A stretch of DNA of 64,000 nucleotides from Heptranchias perlo (lineage: Eukaryota). How positions within the stretch are numbered: the stretch's first letter is position 1; each line of letters begins with the position of its first letter. This document shows positions 1-11,206 of this stretch, piece by piece. The notes under the pieces were generated by a model. The model was not told the DNA's origin and searched no databases. It saw only the letters and a program-made list of their open reading frames with translations. The position numbers and the translations under genes are program-made. The stretch spans positions 14,880,001 through 14,944,000 of the forward strand of contig NC_090340.1 of the NCBI RefSeq assembly GCF_035084215.1, in the 5' to 3' direction.

Positions 1-464
1 CGGGGGGGGGTGGCAGTGTGGGGAGGGGGGCGCCCGGGCGGGTGTGGGCTTGCGATTCCTCTTCTCACTGTCAGTAGCAACACTGTGCGAGCGCATTCTG
101 AACGTTTTGTTGGGTAGGGAATAGTGGGCATAGAAAGTCTTCACAAACGCATTTACTATTCGCTACAGAGACCAGAGCAATGCTTCCCCATGCTTTCCAA
201 TTCTTGCAAATAGCGGGAAAAAAATGGAAAGTCAGGTTTCGAGATTTGATAAAGGGAACAATGTAAATCGTGAGCACAATCTATCTTAATTAAAATGTTA
301 TGTGTTCGCTTCAACATAAAGAAACAGATATTTAGCTCTCTGATACTGTTATACCCGATCTGAACTCATATTTCTCCATTTGGAAGGCTCCGTCACAAAA
401 GGGAATAAAGTTCTAAATTGCAGAATATAGCAAGTATTAACTTTCTTCTTTGCTCTTTCACCAG

Positions 465-776
465 CTCCCCCAACTCCGCTGAGGATTGTCTCCAAAGCAT
501 CTGAAAGCAACGTATCTGGTTCTTTCACTCTCGTTTGTGAAATGGCTGCATTTTACCCGGAGGGACTGACTACCACTTGGTATAAAAATGATAGAAGCAT
601 TGAGATTGGAATACGTACAACTAAACAGCTCACTAGAGCCGGGATGTATGAAGCTTCCAGCTATCTTGAAGAGACACAGCCTGTTCAGGGAGGGACTGTT
701 TATGTCTGTCTGGTTTCTCACGTGACCCTCCAGATTCCAGCCATGGCGATTTACGTGGTTCCCAATTCTAATTCAG
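465..776 (+). CDS. Ig C1-set domain exon of gene A
   Basis: ccag|CT...TCAG|gtaag, 312 nt, phase 1-1, open. PTPLRIV...TLVCEMAAFYPEGLTTTWYKN...YEASSYL...YVCLVSH contains the C1 motifs CxxxxFYP, W and YxCxVxH. Confidence 0.92.
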
Positions 777-2179
777 GTAAGATGTCACTTTTCTTACAAA
801 AACAAACATCTGTCAGTAATCTGTGATTGCTTTATTGCCCGATATGGGGAAATTTGCCCTATACATCATTGAAAGGGAAACATGTTGGAAATTTCGTTAC
901 AAATAGCGTTTAGTGGAATTTATCCCCAGCGTTATTTTTTTTGTAAAATTTCATTAATATTAAGAATATTGCAATTGATTGTTCATTTCAAGAGCATTTA
1001 GATTTCCGGTTCCTGACCTACCAACTTCCGCCGAATGGTTACAACCTTTACATTGGGGGGAACTTTCAACTTTGGTGGGCCGTAAAACTGGCGGCATGGG
1101 AACGTCTGAGTGTTACAAACACTGCTCGAATTTCCCTTCCATTTGTTTCCACGCGCCTGCCGAAGTTGAAAGTTTCGCCCAATGCACGTGCACCCAGTCA
1201 GTTGAGTAAATCTTTCAACCCGGAAAACATTTCTATGCAAGATTATTTTTCCCCATTATGTCACGTTTATTGATCAATATTCACACTTCATTCAAACCGC
1301 GTTCAATTTCCCACCCCAGATCAAGCACCACTGATTTAGCATCACATGATCGAAACGCCAAGCAGCTCAATTTGGGTCAGAACAAGTCTGTGACCCGAGT
1401 GCTGAAGTTCTTTACTCTCAAGTTTCAACTGAGTAAGAATTTCCCTGATCCCTCGATGGCAAATGTATATGTGATAATTTCCAGTTTTCGCTATTTCTAG
1501 TGAAATGGGAAACGGGTACAAACCAAAATTTTGTTGGGGACCAAATACTGGCTGTATATTACTTCTTGAAATAGTGGCAGTTTTATAGTTTTGAATAAAT
1601 GGGGCGTTAATGAAACAAAGGTACGGAGAGGAAAATTTCACAAACATATTCTACAGAGAAAAAAATCATGGCTGGACATATCTAATGGGAAATCATTACA
1701 AAAGAGGTTACGATATAAACACACGTAGTGACGAGGGCAATTGTTATTTGAATTAATTAACCACTTAAAACTAAAATTTATGTTTTAGTCTTAACAATAT
1801 AAGCTGCTCTTGTCCCACAGGGCGACAAATAAATACAGAGACTAGGAACGGGTCAGCCTTCCAGAAATATAGAACAAAAAGTGGTTGAAGCGGTAGCGCA
1901 AAATGAGCCATCGTGAATCTGCCGCCAGTTTTACACTCCGCCCATTTTGTTTTCCATTAGCCCGTTTTCTGACGGGTGATAAATATGATCCCCCCTCCCC
2001 CCACTTTCCATAGTTTTTAACAGCGATGAATCAGCCAGTTTGATTACCCATGATAAACTGTGGGGATACTGAAGATGTAAACAATTGTTCAAATATTAGA
2101 TTCTGTATCGGGCTCTGACTACCAATGGATTCCGTCACAATGCACAGCTATACATGTGAATTTTATATTAATATTGCAG

Positions 2180-2286
2180 GCAGTGACAGTACTTCGCCCT
2201 CGCCTTATTTACGGATCCTTGGATTGGCGGGGTTTGCATTGGCGTTTCTGGTGCTGGAATGTCGTTCAGATTAAGTAACTTTCAAG
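2180..2286 (+). CDS. Transmembrane exon of gene A (frameshifted, premature stop)
   Basis: gcag|GC...CAAG|gtaag; reads GSDSTSPSPYLRILGLAGFALAFLVLECRSD*. LAFLVL matches the gene B TM. The shifted frame GMSFRLSNFQG aligns with gene B GRLCRLQNNEG. Confidence 0.8.
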
Positions 2287-2820
2287 GTAAGATATCGCCC
2301 GATGGTTTAATTTAAACACAAATTACAACGGACAGAGAGGGCTAGTCAGCAGGGAGAGAGGATTTATCCTCGCTATAACTTAAAGGTTAGAAGTTTTGTC
2401 GGCGCGGGAATAGAGCTCTGGTGCTTGTTGAATATTGAAATCGGTTTGGGGTCCTGAAATTGATCTTAGAATGGTATTAATTTAAAGATGGATTGTATTC
2501 CCGCTGCGCCGCCGCTCACCCATCCCAGATCCGGAAATCGGTTCTCTGTTATCCACAGGGTTAACTATACTCGGAGATGAACACATCTTAAATTCCTCTC
2601 TCCACTACGTTTGGCAGAGGTGTCAGCCCGATTATGTTTTAAAAGAGAGAGCAATTTCGCATTGGTATTGGTTAACGGGTATCCCACTGCGTAAACCCAG
2701 GAGGAGAAACTTTTATGATTTTATTTGGACTTTGCCCTCACTCTTGTTGACCTTCGCTGTACTTGCTGAATCACATCGTGCATCATTCAAAATGAACGTT
2801 TGAATTTTGTGTTTTACTAG

Positions 2821-2860
2821 GTAGAGAGAGAAAAGATGAAGCAAGCATTGTGAAGAACCC
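2821..2860 (+). CDS. Short cytoplasmic exon of gene A
   Basis: tactag|...|gtaagc, 40 nt. Its 3' end TGTGAAGAACCC parallels TGTGAAGAGCTG at the end of gene B exon 36988-37031. Confidence 0.65.
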
Positions 2861-4099
2861 GTAAGCTTATAACATTCATCCGTTGGATTTTTTAAGTGTA
2901 ATGTTGGATTTTTTAAGTGTTTTGTGTTGAACTGAGAACTTTTTAAATGTATTTCAGACCAGGATAACTCTTTTGTAGCTTTACTCATTATGTAAGTTTG
3001 CGTGCTTCTCCAGCTGACTTCCATCAGACTGGGACATCGATACCTGTCAGCATGAAATACTCCCAAGTCAAAGTTGGTGCAGAATTCGTACCGGAATCCG
3101 TTGTCCAGGCACTAAGTGTACTCAGTCTGCTTTGGTCCAGGAGTAGCGTACTGCCTGTCAGGGCCAATAACGTATTCTGGGGACACCCCCAGTGTAGGCT
3201 CGCCCCGTGACAGTGTCCAGTGCCGGGTTGGAAAGAGAGGAAATTTGAGCGAAGCCCCTGGCCGCAGAGCTCTGAGAGCAGCAGCCAGCAGATTCCAAAG
3301 TCCGAAAAGTGGATTGGTAACTTGGAAAAAGTATCCAATTTACCTTTTCGGGTTCTGTTTGGTTTGATTCAAGACCTTTTCAGGCTGCCTTGTCTGAGGA
3401 GAGGAGGGAGTTCCGGCGCAAGCCGAACGCCATCTTCATGAAAAACCCTGGATACCTAGAATTCTTCGTATAGGAAAAAGGTAGGAGATCAGGAGCTCCC
3501 TCTCTCCTTGAAGGAGGCTGCGCCTACTGCAGCCCGTAGATCCCAGCGCAACGTAACGGGGATTAGACCCTGCGTAATTGGTCTCTATCCCCATTTTCCC
3601 GACATTTACGCCCAAGGACTAGTCATTTCCCAAAGGCAAAGATTCGGAAGATCGATCTAAATCGACAATCATACCTTTGGGAGTCGCTACAGATGTTTTA
3701 CCTTTAAAACTCGATATCCTTTCTCCTGAGATTGGCTGTTTAGATTCAATTCGGCACGGGCCTGCACCAGCAACAAGATTCTGCACTTCCCCTTCCCCCC
3801 CCCCCCACCCCCGCCCCCGTCACGGCGAGCTCCTCACTGCAAGTGGAAACCCAGCTTGGGGGTCTCCAAGGAAATTTTAAAAGGTTGCCCACGGAAATAT
3901 TGCTGGGGCCAACGGTCTCCTAGTGAGTGTCCACAAAGGCCGCTGCACCAAATGACCCAGTTTACGTGTTTCTTATGCATCATGTAAATCTTGCTTGAGG
4001 AACACAGAATGATTAGATTTATACTCCACACTTGGGGCATCCAGAGAGGTATGAGGTGGTGTCGTGGAGCAGGTTATGGCATTTCAGAATTTCTGCATT

Positions 4100-4270
4100 A
4101 AATTGAAACGTTTGTGCTGCTTTGCAAACAAAATCATTTCATATCGAAAGAAATTGGCAATATTTCCAACATTACAACTGCAACTACACTTCAAAAGTAC
4201 TTTAATGTCTGTAAAGCGCTGTGGGCCGTCCTGGTGCCCTCAAAAGGGCTACATAAATGTAAGTTCTTCT
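4100..4270 (+). mobile_element. Deu-domain SINE (SacSINE1/AmnSINE-like) 3' remnant
   Basis: acattacaactgcaactacacttcaaaagtactt...aaagcgct...ataaatgtaagttc resembles the Deu-SINE 3' end; recognised by eye. Confidence 0.55.
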
Positions 4271-4339
4271 CTCTATGTTCAGTGTTAGGAAATAAATTTA
4301 AGTTCCCGGGGTCTCACTAATATTTATATCACTCGAATG

Positions 4340-4730
4340 CTAGCTGGGATGGGAGGTATTAGTTTTCAGGAGCGACTGGAGAAACTTCTTTCCGCTAAAA
4401 GTAAAGAATGTCAGAAGAAGATCTGATAGAAGTGTTCAAATTATGAATGATCTTAAGAAAGTTAATAAGGCATATCTATTTCCTGTGACCCATGAGTCGG
4501 CAACTAGAGGACATACATTTAAGATCATCACCAAAAGGACGTAGGTGCCAGAATTGTTAATTTGTGAGCGAGATGGGACAGGGAAACCCCAGCAGAACCG
4601 CTGGTGGAATCAGAATCCATAAAAATATTTAAAAGAGGAGCGGATAAATATATGGGGAAAGGACATGGGACTAAGACTAAGTGGATACCTCTTTCGGACA
4701 GGCGGCACAGGCAAGCGTATGTAAAATTCT
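4340..4730 (+). mobile_element. Degenerate CR1 LINE 3' fragment
   Basis: gatctgatagaagtgttcaaattatg...actagagggacat matches the CR1 ORF2 C-terminus pattern seen in other copies in this window. Confidence 0.55.
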
Positions 4731-5073
4731 AGATTCCACCGCGATATCACACACATGACTTGTCAAACAGTGGATGTAATGAGCAATAAATACTGTATAT
4801 TGTAGACACTGTCTTCTGGATACTTGAACTATATTAACAACCATTATGGATTTGGGATGATCTATAGCTTTACTTCCAAAGCACTTATTATAGGGGAATG
4901 GGTGTTTTTTTAAATAAAACGGCTGTTGCCAGAGGTAACTGGCTAACTCAATAATATAAATATAATAATCTAAAGACTATCAAATATCATGAGGACTCTA
5001 CTCTATTTCATGAAGCATCATGTAGATTGATGAAGTTAACGAGATAACGTTACAACACATTGCATTTATAAAG

Positions 5074-5249
5074 CATGCAAACAGCAGTTGATAACCCGAT
5101 GACTTACGCTGCCGTCGTTCCGCCTGGTTCTAAGAAAAATGGAAGAGCTAGAAGGAAGGAAAAGAGCAGAATACTCAGCGATGAAGACGATACGCTGGAG
5201 GAGAGAAGCACCGATCGTCTATACAGAACCCAGATTCGAATTATATTAA
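5074..5249 (+). CDS. Last (tyrosine-motif) exon of gene A, frameshifted
   Basis: NPMTYAAVV...KEK, then the +1 frame AEYSAMKT...IVYTEPRFELY*. Aligns with gene B LTYATL...TEYAQL...AAYSEARIK*. Confidence 0.75.
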
Positions 5250-5959
5250 TTCTAGATGTAGTCGCCATTTTACTTCTCTGCGTTGGCCGTATCTATCCAC
5301 GTGAAATGCAATGCCCTCTGCTTTCTTCAACGTCAGTCCCTATTATCACCCAGAATAATTCCAGCCCAACATTACATCTACAGCTGTACCAGAATAGTAA
5401 TTGTTATAAGCGAATATTATTTTGTAAATTGAATGAGTGCTGATTTCGTTAATTAGATATAATTATACTTTCATGACTACCAATTCAACGGGCATGACTG
5501 TTCTCACCCTGTATACAAGTAATCACAAGAAAGCAACAGCTTCCTTATTTTAGAGATTCTTATTCAAAGTTAATGTTTATTTCTTCCCAGTGACATTTTA
5601 TTTCAAGTCTGCTTTAAATTAATTACCTTGTTTTTATAAAATGTAATGCAATCTGCCACAAATACAGTCCCTCCTACACATCCCTTCGCCCACCTCCTGC
5701 GGGGCTACTGAATGGAAAATTCATCTCGAATTGCAGGCATCTTGTTTTTTTCTGTTTTAGGCTCCTGGCCAATAGAAATTGTTCTGCGGCTGTCCCACGC
5801 GCGTTTCATGTAGGAAGCTCCAGGAGGAAGAGAATAGGAAGGTAGACTTCGATCCTTCACCCTGGCATGTATTCACCCAGAGCTGAAATTATAATATATC
5901 AACCCACCACAACAGCTAGTTCTTCATTCTTCCTATCATTGTATGTTGTCCTGCGACTG

Positions 5960-6740
5960 ATCTCACCAAAGACGAAGGTTATGCTAATCATCTCCCACCA
6001 GAATCTCGGTGCTTTACCCGCTAATCCCATCCGCATTCAGGATTCCCGTTCAGATTCCACCTGACAGTGCGTTACATAGCAAGCTCAGCCCTGAACTAAG
6101 CTTTGAGTCCGAAATCCAGCCGGTGATTAAAACCACCTACTTCGAGTTTCATAATGTCACCTGTCCTAATCACTAGCTCACCCACTACCTCTAAAATCCT
6201 CACCCGTGTCTTTGCCACTTCCAGATTGGACTTGTCCAAAGGCCTTTCCGGGCAGTCTTCAAAGTTTCACCCCACCCACATACACTGGATCCAGAACTTC
6301 GTGCCACATTCTTCCCTTGAAAATTGCCATTCACTAATATCCCTGTCATTCATGACCCGCATTGCCTCCCTTTCCCTCTGTGGATGGACTCCAAAATCAT
6401 CATCCTTATCTACAAATACCCCCATAGTCTCACTGCACGACTTCTCCCCTCCAACCTTGCTCTCAACTATTGCTTTCCAATTCCGCTCTACCACACATCC
6501 CATCCTCCCATCGGTAGCAGAGTCGACAGTCACCTGGACTTCAGCACAATGGAGTTATCTTCCTATACATTCCACCATCCTACATCTCAACCATTTTCAA
6601 AGCAATCTCCCGGACGGTGCCACCGACCACCTCTTCTAATGTTCTTGCTGCTTCAGCTTGGATCTGATGCACAACTGTGAACCCCTTTGGGACATTTTTC
6701 TACAATAAATGCGCGATATAAATGTAAATTGTAGTTTGTA
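5960..6740 (+). mobile_element. L2 LINE 3' fragment
   Basis: Degenerate L2 ORF2 C-terminus (SRLD, IQN motifs) and L2-type tail ...gggacattttt...gcgatataaatgtaaattgtag. Confidence 0.6.
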
Positions 6741-6821
6741 AATAGGCATGAGACATAATTAAACAAGGTAGAGATTAATATAGTAGACGTTTATATACTA
6801 AGGAAGGCAGCTCTCCGTGTT

Positions 6822-9790
6822 ACATAGAATGACACAGAATGTACAGCACAGCCATTCGGCCCAACAAGTCCATGCTGGTATTTATGCTCAACACGAGCCT
6901 TCTCCCTCCCTCTCTACTTCATCTAACCCTATCAGCATAGCCTTCTATTCCTTTCTCCCACACGTGTTTATCTAGTTTCCCCTTAAATGCATCTATGCCA
7001 GTCGCCTCAACTATTCCTTATGGTAGCGAATTCCACATTCTGACCACACTCTGGGTAAAGAGGTTTCTCCTGAGTTCCCTTTGGATTTATTAGTGACTAT
7101 CTTATATTTAGTTCTGGTCTCCCACACAAGCGAAAATATCTTCTCTACGTCTACCCCATCAAATCATTTCATAATCTTAAAGTCCTCTATCAGGTCACCA
7201 CTCACTCTTCTCTTGTCTAGAGAAAAGAGCCCCACCCTGTTCAATCTTTCCTGATAGGGATAACCTCTCCATTGTGGTATCATCCTAGTAAATCTTTTTT
7301 GCACCTTCTCCAGTGCCTCTATATCCTTTTTATAATATGGAGACCAGAACTGTTCACAGTACTCCAAGTGTAGACTAATCAGGGTTGTATAGAAGTTTAA
7401 CATAACTTATCTGCTTTTCAAATCTATCCATCTGGAAATGAACCCTAATGCTTGGTTTGCTTATTTCATGGCCTTATTAATCTATGTTGCTATTTTTAGT
7501 GATTTGTGTATCTATACCCCCAAATCCCTCCGCTCTTCTACCCAATTTAGACTAATTTTCCAAAGAGTACGTGGCCTCCTTATTCTTCGTACGAAAATGT
7601 AATACCTCACATTTATCTATGTTGAAATTGATTTGTCAATTACACGTCCATTCTGCAAGTTTATTCAGTTGATAAGTTATCTGGTCAGCATCAAGTTAAA
7701 ACATTTACCAGTACAAGTGCTGATGGTGGACACACTTCTGTTACTTTGATCTATGTTTCTTGGCATAATCAGTGGGAGTTTACAGCAGAATTATGACAGA
7801 TATTATAGATTAATATTATAAATGAATTCAAATTTTGTCGCAGTCGTCCTCAGTATTAATTACACCCTGCTCCACCAATTTGGTGTCATCTGCAAATTTT
7901 GAAATTGTACTGAAGATTTTTGAGTCCAAATCATTTATGTAAATGGTGAACAACAGTAATCCCTGCACTGATCCTTATCGAACACCACTTCGCACCTTTT
8001 GCCAGTCTGAGTAACTACATTTAAACCCTACTCTCTTTTCTGTTTTGTAGCCAGTTTGCTATCCATTCAGCTACTTGTCCCCTGACTCTACATGCTCTGA
8101 CCTTAATCATGGGCCTCCTATGAGGTACCTTATCGAAGGCCTTTTGAAAACCAAATATTACATCTATCACATTACCTTGGATAACCGTTTCTGTTACTTC
8201 TTCAAAGAATTCAATAAGGTTGGTGAAGCAAGACATTCCCTTTTGAAATCCGTGCTGACTATTCTTTATTTTATTCTTAGTTTCCGGATGTTTTTCTATT
8301 ACATCTTTGAGCAAGGATTCCATTATCTTTCCTACCAACAACGTTAAGCTAATTGGTCTATAGTTCCCTGAACTAGTTCTATCTCCCTTTTTAAATACAG
8401 GAATCATATTAACTGTTTGCCAGTTTTCTGGCACTACCTCCTTTCCTAGTGATTTTTAAAAATATGTAATAGTGCTTCTGCTATCTCTTCCCTAACTTAT
8501 TTTAATATGCACGGGTGCAATCCATCCCGACCAGGGATTTTGTCCTCTCTAAGTTTGATTATTTTATCAATTAGCTCCCCCCTTTCTATCTTAAATCTCT
8601 TTATATCTTTTTTCCCTTCTTCGAATGTCATGCCCACCATATTAGTATAACTTTTAAATTGCAACGCAATTATTTAATGTTTCTGCTATTTTGCTCTCAT
8701 TACCTGTGAGTTTGTCGTGTGTATACCTTAGTGGCCCTAACCCATCCTGATTTTTCTTTATTATTTAGGTGTCTGCAGAATACTTTACTATTTCTTTTTA
8801 TATTCCTTGATAATTTAATTTTGTAGATGCTCCTAGCCTTCCTGATTGTTTTTATGACTTCTTTCCTAACCTTTTCATCTTCAATTTTGTCATCCTCCCC
8901 TTTGTTGTCTACGTACTTAATGTATGCCTTTTTCTTTAGTTTCAAATTTGCCCTTATCTTTTTATTCATGCATGCTGTACAGTTAGTTTGTTCTTGGTTT
9001 TTAATGATATATATTTCTCCTGCACTCAATTGATCACCATTTTAAATGTTTCCCACGGATGTTCTATTTCATTTTTTATCTGTAATTTTTTCCAGTCTAT
9101 TTTCCCGAGTGCCATTCTCATCCCAGCAAAATCAGCTTTTTTCAAATATATCACTTTGGTCTTTGTCTTACTTATGTCATTCTCAATCGTTAGCTTATAA
9201 CTAATGCTCACTATTGCTTAGATGTTCCCCGACGCTTACTTCTCTTATCTGTTCTGGTTTGTTTCCCATTACGAAGGGTTCAGTGGCCTACTCCTGTCCC
9301 TGCGCTTGACTGAATGTATGAAACACAAGCTCTCTTGTTGGGCTTTTTACATACTGGGTAAGAAAGGAGTCCTGCAAACATTGTAAAATTCCATTCCTTG
9401 TACCCCTTTACCTACCCCTTCTTGCCAGTTTATTGGGGGATAGTTTAAATCTCGCATGATTATTATTCTATGTCCTTTACTCATTTCATATATTTGCTTA
9501 CATATTTCTTCTTCCACCTCCTTTACACTATTAAGTATTCTGTACTATACCCTATTAGCATGACCGAGCGCTTCTTGTCTTTTGTTTCAATCCATATGGA
9601 TTCTGTTTCGAACCTTCTGTTAGTTATATCCATTCCTTCTATTGCCATTACGTTATCTCTAGTTAGTACAGCTGCTCCACCCCTCCTTCCTTACCTATCC
9701 TTTCTGATTATGTTAAAACCTGCAATACTTAGTTGCCAGTCCTGCTCTTGATGTAGCCATGTTTCAATTATTCCTAATGCAACTGGTTCC
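6822..9790 (-). mobile_element. CR1 LINE, degenerate ORF2 (EN-RT) with 3' tail
   Basis: ORF fragments PVFKKGDR..NYRPISLT..QHGFQKG..CFTNLIEFFEEVT..FQKAFDKVPH and LEYC.QFWSPYYKKDIEALEKVQKRFTRM. Confidence 0.9.
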
Positions 9791-9964
9791 TCGCTACTGA
9801 TGTAACTTTTTACACATGAAATTCCGATGAGATAATATTATTGACTAAGATGAAAGCCAAGGCAACTGTTGCATCGGCAAAGAAAGTAAATGCAGCCATT
9901 CCCTATACTGAACTAGCGCACATGAAATAGTTAAATCAGAAACATTTAAAACGTTCTTGTGTTA

Positions 9965-10220
9965 CGTGAATGTTTCTTCACGCAAAGAGTAATGAATCTT
10001 TGGAACTCTCGCTCTCAAAAGGCTGTGGATGCTGGGTCAATTGAAATGTTCAAGATTTTAGATCGATAAATATTTGTTGGGTAAAGACTTTCAATGGATT
10101 TGGAGCTCCAGCAGGTAAATGGTCTTAAGCTACATTTCGGGCATGATCTCATTGAATGGCGGAACAGGTCGAAGGGTTGAATGGCCTACTCCTGTTCTCA
10201 TGCTTGACTGAATGTATAAA
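9965..10220 (+). mobile_element. CR1 LINE 3' end
   Basis: ttcttcacgcaaagagt...ggctgtggatgctggg...attgaatggcgga...tggcctactcctg. Confidence 0.7.
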
Positions 10221-11111
10221 AGACATTTATTGTATGCCATTTCCAAATAGCTCAGGAATGCACCTTGTGATGTGATACTATGCCATACATCAATAATTTG
10301 CATTAATATAGCGCCTTTAAATTAGAAAAAGGCCGAAAGACTCTTCACAGAGATGTAATCAGACAAAAATCTATAGATCAGGAACATCCCGGTTTGAATC
10401 TCTAGTCTGTGCTGAAGTACCTAATTTCACCAAGTCAATAGTAGAAAGCTATAAATGGCCATAGTTTCCTTTGCGCCAAGAAGAAGGAGAATCAGCTTGT
10501 GCTTCAATTCTTGGCCATTCTCCACTGACTTCCAACTGTAGGTCTCAGGTGAGGATAACATTTGTAAAATTAATTCCTTCCTCCAGATAAAAGGTGTCAA
10601 TATAGGAACCCGTATGGGTCCCAGCTATGCCTGTCTTTTTGTGGGATACGTGGAACAATCTTTGTTCCAGTCCGACTCAGGTCCCCTCCTTCATGTCTTT
10701 TTCCGATACATTGATGATTGTATCACTGCCGTTTCATGCTCTCGCCCCAAACTGGAAAATTTCATCAACTTTGCTTCCAATTTCCACCCTTCCCTCATCT
10801 TCACATGGTACATCTCCGAATCTTCCTTTCCCTTCCTCGACTTCTCTTTCTCCATTTATGGGGATAGGCTGTCAACCATTATAAGCCCACCGACTCCCAC
10901 AGCTACCTTGATTAAACGTCCTCCTACCCCGCTTCCTGTAAGGACCATGGGCTCGAATTTAGCAGGCCTGCGGGTTCCCAGCGGGTGGTCCTCCGGGAGC
11001 GTGGAAAACGCGGACGGCTAATCGTGTGCGTCCCCCACGCGATCGCGGGATAATTGGACCGACTAAGCCCTGCTTCCGGGTTCTCCGCTCCCCAGCTGCG
11101 TGCCGGCCGGC

Positions 11112-11160
11112 TGCGCATGCGCAGTACCATCGACGCGATGTAGGAGCTCCACTTAAAGGG
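11112..11160 (+). promoter_or_regulatory. Putative internal promoter of the Harbinger Myb gene: NRF1-type palindrome plus TATA-like box
   Basis: TGCGCATGCGCA at 11112-11123, then CTTAAAGGG about 50 nt before the ATG. Same arrangement in copy 2 (23787-23798, TATTTAAA) and, with one mismatch, in copy 3. Confidence 0.45.
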
Positions 11161-11206
11161 GCAGTCTCCCAAAGCCCCTCCTGCTGCAATCAAGAGGTTT
11201 GAGACG

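Larger units (their letters stand above)
465..5249 (+). pseudogene. Gene A: SIRP/NKp30-like IgSF receptor (C1-TM-cytoplasmic tail), frameshifted; V exon presumably upstream of the window
   Basis: AG/GT-bounded exons at 465-776 (C1), 2180-2286 (TM), 2821-2860 and 5074-5249 (tail). Each is paralogous to a gene B exon. The TM exon is 107 nt with an in-frame TAA at 2272-2274. The last exon has a frameshift near 5165. Confidence 0.8.

Noticed and set aside
5075-5443. 122-aa ORF with a hydrophobic C-terminal segment
   Set aside because: Read-through after the frameshift at about 5165; the homologous frame is +1 and stops at 5249.
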